Of a DNA stretch of 43,124 nt, positions 38,802-43,124 are shown in pieces. Source of the stretch: an uncultured bacterium (GTDB lineage: Bacteria > JAJVIF01 > JAGGVT01); the NCBI GenBank assembly GCA_965369605.1, contig CBDURE010000013.1, positions 1-43,124 of the forward strand, given 5' to 3'. The notes beneath the pieces were generated by a model, which was given only the letters and a program-made list of their open reading frames with translations, was not told the origin of the DNA and did not search any database. The position numbers and the translations under genes are program-made. Each line of letters begins with the position of its first letter. Within the stretch, counting starts at the first letter, position 1.

Positions 38802-39275
38802 ATGGATAAGTATTCAGAAGGCAGTCGAGCGGAAAATCACAGCAAACGAAGGAAACTGCGGCGGGAATCCACTGTTGCTGAAAAGAATCTGTGGGAAAGG
38901 CTTCGGAACAGGAATCTTAGCTACAAATTCCGCCGCCAGCATAATGTTGGCTATTACATCGCTGATTTCTATTGTGCAAGATTGATGCTTGCTGTTGAAA
39001 TTGATGGCGGCATACATTTGCAAAGGGATCATCTTGAGTATGATAAAGAGCGGGACAGGATTTTTCGATCAAAAGGTGTGAGGGTGTTAAGGTTTACCAA
39101 TGATAGAGTTATGAATGAAATGGATAAAGTATGTGATGAGATTGTTGCTGTGTGTGATGAAATGGGAAGACCTCACCCCCCGGCCCCCTCTCCACCTGTT
39201 TTGTCCACGGACAAGGTTTACACATTGTCAGGGACATGGTTTACACATGTCAAGGGTAATAATGGTACCCCCTAG
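38802..39275 (+). CDS. DUF559 (Vsr-like / restriction-endonuclease-fold) protein; C-terminal 30 aa are read-through into the MITE
   Basis: Conserved DUF559 pattern ...AEKNLWERLRNR...KFRRQHNVGYYIADFYC...LAVEIDGGIH...VLRFTN; tail PHPPAPSPP encoded by cctcaccccccggccccctctcc. Confidence 0.6.
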   Translation: MDKYSEGSRAENHSKRRKLRRESTVAEKNLWERLRNRNLSYKFRRQHNVGYYIADFYCARLMLAVEIDGGIHLQRDHLEYDKERDRIFRSKGVRVLRFTNDRVMNEMDKVCDEIVAVCDEMGRPHPPAPSPPVLSTDKVYTLSGTWFTHVKGNNGTP

Positions 39276-39305
39276 GGGGTTGCAGGAGAGGGGTCGGGGG
39301 TGAGG
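39171..39305. repeat. MITE-like family 1 copy with paired TIRs
   Basis: cctcaccccccggccccctctccacc ... ggagaggggtcgggggtgagg. Confidence 0.7.
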
Positions 39306-39308
39306 TTA

Positions 39309-41390
39309 TTAATCCTCATCCTCTTCCTTATCCGATTTGCGGCGGTCGATTATTTTTTGGGCAGCTTCGTGGCCTACTTCGTCGTAGTGGCTGAATTCGA
39401 TTTCGTAGGAGCCTCGACCGGATGTTATTGAATTGAGGTCAGCGACGTAATTCTGCAGTTCTGCCAGAGGAATAGTTGCCATTATTACCTGCAGGGAGCC
39501 TCGCGCCTCCATGTTCTGGATTCGAGCGCGTTTTGAGTTCAAATCGCCCATGATATCGCCCATGTATTCCTCGGGGATGAAGATTGTGGCGTTATAGACA
39601 GGCTCGAGCAGGATGGGGGTGGCGTCCACCCATCCCTTTTTGAAACTGATACGCGCCGCCTGTTTGAAAGCGATTTCCTTTGAGTCAACTTTGTGGTATG
39701 AGCCGAAGAAAAGGGTCGCTTTGAAATCGGTTGCGGGATAGCCCGCGAGTGGGCCATCCGACATGTATTCTCTCAAACCCTTTTCAACAGCGGGGATGAA
39801 AGAGTTCGGGATGACTCCGCCGACTATGGCATCGACGAATTCAAATCCGGCTCCGCGTTCCATAGGCTCGTAGCGGATGTGGACATCGCCGTACTGCCCC
39901 GCGCCTCCGGTCTGTTTCTTGTGCTTACCCTGCGCCTCAGACTTGCCCTTGATTGTTTCGCGATATGCGATTTCAGGAGTTTTGGTGTCAACGCCGACGT
40001 TGAATCGACGTTTAAGCTTTTGCAGCGCAACTGCCAGATGGTTCGGACCCATTCCGTTGAGAATCAATTCATGAGTTTCCTGGTTCCTGTCCCAGATAAG
40101 AGTGGGATCCTCTTCGGTCAGTTTGGTTAGCCCGGTTGTGATTCGCTGCTCGTCATCGCGGCTTTTTGGAGTAAGCGCGAGGGAGTAAATCGGCTGTGGG
40201 AAGTCGATAGGCGCATACACAACAGGCTGATCGGCTTTGGTTATAGTGTCGCTGGTGTTTGTTACAGTGAGTTTTACGAGAACTCCGATATCTCCGGCGA
40301 TAATCTCTTTTATAGTCTCATGCTCCTTGCCTTTCAGTTTAAGAAGCGCGCCGATTTTTTCCTTTTCGCCTCGTGATGTGTTGTACAGGTTGCTGTCGGC
40401 TGAGATTGTACCCGAGAAAACACGCACGATGTTGATTCGTCCGGCGAACGGGTCGATAGTGGTTTTCACCACAAACGCGCTGACAGGCGCGTTGACATCG
40501 GGTTCGCGATTCTCTTTTTCCTCTGTTCCCGGTTTCAAACCCTCTTTCGGGGGGAATTCAGCCGGTGATGGGAACATGTTGACAAGAGCGTCAGTAAGCG
40601 GCATGACTCCGTTGTTCAATGTTCCACTGCCGGCGAAAACAGGAATAATCTCACCCGATTTAATCGATTTTTTCAGTACCCTGAAGAAATCCTCAGGCGG
40701 AATGTCCTCGCCCTCGAGATATTTCTCCATTAGTTCCTCATCGTTTTCAGCGATTTTTTCAATCGTTTCAATGCGAAGAGTCTCGGCAATGTCGCTCATG
40801 TCAGCAGGAATATCCTCTTCGCGGATTTTTTTGCCGTCACCATCGGGATAAATCGCTTTCTGCTTGAGCAAATCAACGACACCCTTGAACCCTTCCTCTT
40901 TGCCAATAGGGATAGTCAGGGGCATTACGCCTTTGAAAATCTCTTTGATCTGCTGGAAAATGCGGTCGAAATCGGCGCGTTCCCTGTCCATTTTGCTGAT
41001 GAAAATAGCGCGCGCGTGGTTGCCGCTTATCGCGAATGAATTGACTTTCTCGGTCATAACCTCGACACCGTCAACAGCGCTGATAACAATCACCGCGATA
41101 TCCGCTGCCCTGAATGAGGCGCGAGCGTCGTTGATAAAATCGGGGAATCCCGGGGTGTCTATCAGGTTAATTACTGAGCCATTGTGTTTAACGGGATAAA
41201 ACGATGACGAAACCGAAATTTTACGCTCGATTTCATCCTCGAGGAAGTCCATTACAGTGTTGCCTTCATCTGTTTTGCCCAGGCGATTTAGTTCGCCTGT
41301 GTTGTATATCATTGCTTCGGCGATGGAGGTTTTTCCGCATCCACCGTGTCCCGCGAGTACAACATTCCTGAAATCATTCACGCTTGCCAT
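39309..41390 (-). CDS. Elongation factor G-family GTPase paralog (EF-G-like), non-canonical G1 region
   Basis: Five-domain EF-G-like length; G1 AGHGGCGKTS, DTPG (G3), NKMD-like SKMD (G4); start placed at Met preceded by aaggaga RBS (ORF track starts 23 codons upstream). Confidence 0.7.
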   Translation of the reverse strand: MASVNDFRNVVLAGHGGCGKTSIAEAMIYNTGELNRLGKTDEGNTVMDFLEDEIERKISVSSSFYPVKHNGSVINLIDTPGFPDFINDARASFRAADIAVIVISAVDGVEVMTEKVNSFAISGNHARAIFISKMDRERADFDRIFQQIKEIFKGVMPLTIPIGKEEGFKGVVDLLKQKAIYPDGDGKKIREEDIPADMSDIAETLRIETIEKIAENDEELMEKYLEGEDIPPEDFFRVLKKSIKSGEIIPVFAGSGTLNNGVMPLTDALVNMFPSPAEFPPKEGLKPGTEEKENREPDVNAPVSAFVVKTTIDPFAGRINIVRVFSGTISADSNLYNTSRGEKEKIGALLKLKGKEHETIKEIIAGDIGVLVKLTVTNTSDTITKADQPVVYAPIDFPQPIYSLALTPKSRDDEQRITTGLTKLTEEDPTLIWDRNQETHELILNGMGPNHLAVALQKLKRRFNVGVDTKTPEIAYRETIKGKSEAQGKHKKQTGGAGQYGDVHIRYEPMERGAGFEFVDAIVGGVIPNSFIPAVEKGLREYMSDGPLAGYPATDFKATLFFGSYHKVDSKEIAFKQAARISFKKGWVDATPILLEPVYNATIFIPEEYMGDIMGDLNSKRARIQNMEARGSLQVIMATIPLAELQNYVADLNSITSGRGSYEIEFSHYDEVGHEAAQKIIDRRKSDKEEDED

Positions 41391-42009
41391 TAATATAATT
41401 CTCCTTGAAATACCCAACGCGCAGCTAGCCAAAAAATGACACCCATGCATGGATGCCAACGCAAAGCAAGAATCATATCAAAATGGAGGGTGAAATACAA
41501 ACAGGAAAGGTGAAATTCTCGTGGCGGAGAGACGCAACGCGCTGCGCCCCTACATAAGTCCGACATAAAACGCGAAAATGGAATTTCATATACCAGAGAG
41601 GATTATTTGAAATACCGAAATTTTGAAGATGTTGGTTATAATGCGGTTTTGCGCATGATTGAATGTGCATACAAGGTGAGCGTTTGATATATGAAATAAA
41701 TAATTTCAGATTAGTGATTAAAATTACCATGTAAAGTGATTTGAAATACCGCTATGCGCAATGGGTTGAGCGGAATAATATAGCCAGTATTTCACGGATG
41801 GCATAATATATTCTACGCGATTACGGACGCCTGCTTGGAGCGGCCTGATTATATCAGCAATGCATCATGAGTTGTTGCGGGCGGTATAAAATAAGTCGAT
41901 AAAGCCATATTCTATTGCTGCAAAGGTATAATATATATCTGCCAAACGGTTGTGCCGTTATGCCGTTTCTATTGCATATTTTATTCCGCCGTGATATAAT
42001 AATCTAACT

Positions 42010-42744
42010 ATGAGCAAAGACCAGGGCAGAATAATCCGGCTGGCAAGAGTTAAAAAAGGCTGGAATCAGCATGATTTAGGTGAGCGAACAGGGATTGTGC
42101 AGTCGCTGATAAGCCGTTATGAAAACGGTGTGAGAAACATCCCAAAACATGACCTGAAAAAAATCAAAAGAGCGCTTGGGCTTCGCGATGAGGATTTAAT
42201 GCCGGATGCCGATGAGCGAATCTTTTCGGAAATTCTCGATGAAAGACGGGATCGCCGCCGCGATATGGTTAAAAAGGATTTCCTTCACTTTTTAAGGGAA
42301 CTCGACAAACTTGGCGGACGTCTAAGCGAAATAACGGGCGGGGAAATTCAGATTCCGGTGCTGACTGATATTCCGGTTGGATGCCCTGTCCCGGTGATTG
42401 ATGAAAAATACATTGACAGAATGGAAGCGCTGCCGCACGGATGGGTTGAATCTGAGAAAATATTCGGCCTGGTTATCAACGATGACTCAATGGATGGTTT
42501 GGGATTGTATTCCGGTGACACTGTTTTTGTTAATCGTCAAAATATTGAAATTGGCGGCCAGGGCAGGGTCATGGCGATTGGCACGAAAAAAGGCCTGGTC
42601 ATACGGACCGTTGTACGGCATAAGGACAAACTGCGATTAATCGCTGAGAATCCACGTTTCGAAGTTCAGGAAATATCCCCCGATGATGTTCATATCTATG
42701 GAACTCTTATTAAGTATGTTTCGAAAGCAAAACTTGGATTATAG
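42010..42744 (+). CDS. LexA/cI-like repressor: N-terminal XRE-type HTH plus C-terminal S24 peptidase domain
   Basis: HTH region GWNQHDLGERTGIVQSLISRYENG; S24 motifs NDDSMDG (Ser) and downstream AIGTKKG (Lys); tataat 8 bp upstream. Confidence 0.7.
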   Translation: MSKDQGRIIRLARVKKGWNQHDLGERTGIVQSLISRYENGVRNIPKHDLKKIKRALGLRDEDLMPDADERIFSEILDERRDRRRDMVKKDFLHFLRELDKLGGRLSEITGGEIQIPVLTDIPVGCPVPVIDEKYIDRMEALPHGWVESEKIFGLVINDDSMDGLGLYSGDTVFVNRQNIEIGGQGRVMAIGTKKGLVIRTVVRHKDKLRLIAENPRFEVQEISPDDVHIYGTLIKYVSKAKLGL

Positions 42745-42933
42745 TTTCTCATACGATGTCAGGTCGAATAACCAGTCATGTTGCGTAACACTTCATTCCC
42801 GCGAAAGTGGCTGTTGAAAAAGCGCTAACGTAGGGGCGCTGCTTGTTGCGCCCTGAAGTTACTACTTCTAATGTGGGATATCGGGGCGTTGTTTGGAATC
42901 TGTCTCAGAACATAGAATTATGTGCAAAACAAT

Positions 42934-42958
42934 GTCATTCTGAGCGCAGCGAAGAATC
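42934..42958. repeat. REP-like hairpin gtcattctgagcgcagcgaagaatc
   Basis: Read directly; same family core as 8032-8079. Confidence 0.6.
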
Positions 42959-43124
42959 TATTCTCGACAAAGCGAATTATTCTTAACAGGTTTAATCACC
43001 AATTGTAACCCGGTGTCCCTTCACCGCGGTGTCCCTTCACCGGGGCTTTGCGTGAGATAGCCACCTGTTTCCCCGGCAAAGGGGAGGCTGTCTCAAAAGA
43101 TTGCAAAGGTTAAATAATTAAGGC

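Larger units (their letters stand above)
38701..39308 (+). mobile_element. About 600-bp inserted cassette (DUF559 endonuclease gene plus MITE family 1 copy) bounded by the 95-bp direct repeats
   Basis: Position between repeats A and B; DUF559 ORF; MITE TIRs at 39171-39305. Confidence 0.55.

Noticed and set aside
41473-41730. 85-aa ORF in the long EF-G/repressor intergenic region
   Set aside because: It has low-complexity, atypical composition and no RBS, and it overlaps the repeat-containing leader. It is probably non-coding.
1-43124. CRISPR array, tRNA or rRNA genes
   Set aside because: No regularly spaced short direct repeats with unique spacers were found. The repeat clusters at 10610-10680 and 30781-30980 are tandem duplications or REP hairpins without spacers. 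No cloverleaf-like GTTCGAATC/T-loop motifs or rRNA-like stretches were seen.

Overview
This is a bacterial chromosomal window of about 50% GC, apparently from an uncultured polysaccharide-degrading organism. No rRNA, tRNA or CRISPR array is visible.

**Gene content, left to right**
- 312-8543: an array of paralogous large secreted lipoproteins bounded by a 32-bp inverted repeat. One copy carries an in-frame TGA, and a truncated copy sits just outside the right repeat.
- 8613-10514: a P-loop NTPase and a divergent YchF-like GTPase.
- 10919-11821: proline dehydrogenase.
- 13048-17927: a MacA/ABC/TolC efflux operon plus an SPFH protein (18018-18956). This segment is bracketed by two roughly 1-kb inverted paralogous genes encoding secreted proteins.
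- 21391-23101: a sodium:solute symporter with a small membrane partner.
- 23121-33267: a cellulose-utilisation cluster with two GH9 and two GHL10 genes (a segmental duplication), a cupin-type glucose-6-phosphate isomerase, and a transglutaminase-like protein.
- 33442-34332: NAD kinase.
- 34436-38566: a conspicuously AT-rich 4-kb island. It encodes a MORC/GHKL-type ATPase, an unknown partner, and a divergently transcribed B12-binding radical SAM enzyme.
- 38606-39405: a DUF559 (Vsr-like endonuclease) mini-cassette inserted at the 3' end of an EF-G-like GTPase gene, with a 95-bp direct repeat duplicating that gene end.
- 39309-41390: the EF-G-like GTPase.
- 42010-42744: a LexA-like repressor (HTH plus S24 peptidase).

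**Repeats**
Three families of MITE/REP-like palindromic repeats are scattered through the intergenic regions.

**Main candidate**
The GHKL-ATPase, unknown-partner and B12-radical-SAM island is the best candidate for an undescribed system, most plausibly defence-related. All family assignments come from motifs read by eye in the translations. No database search was possible.
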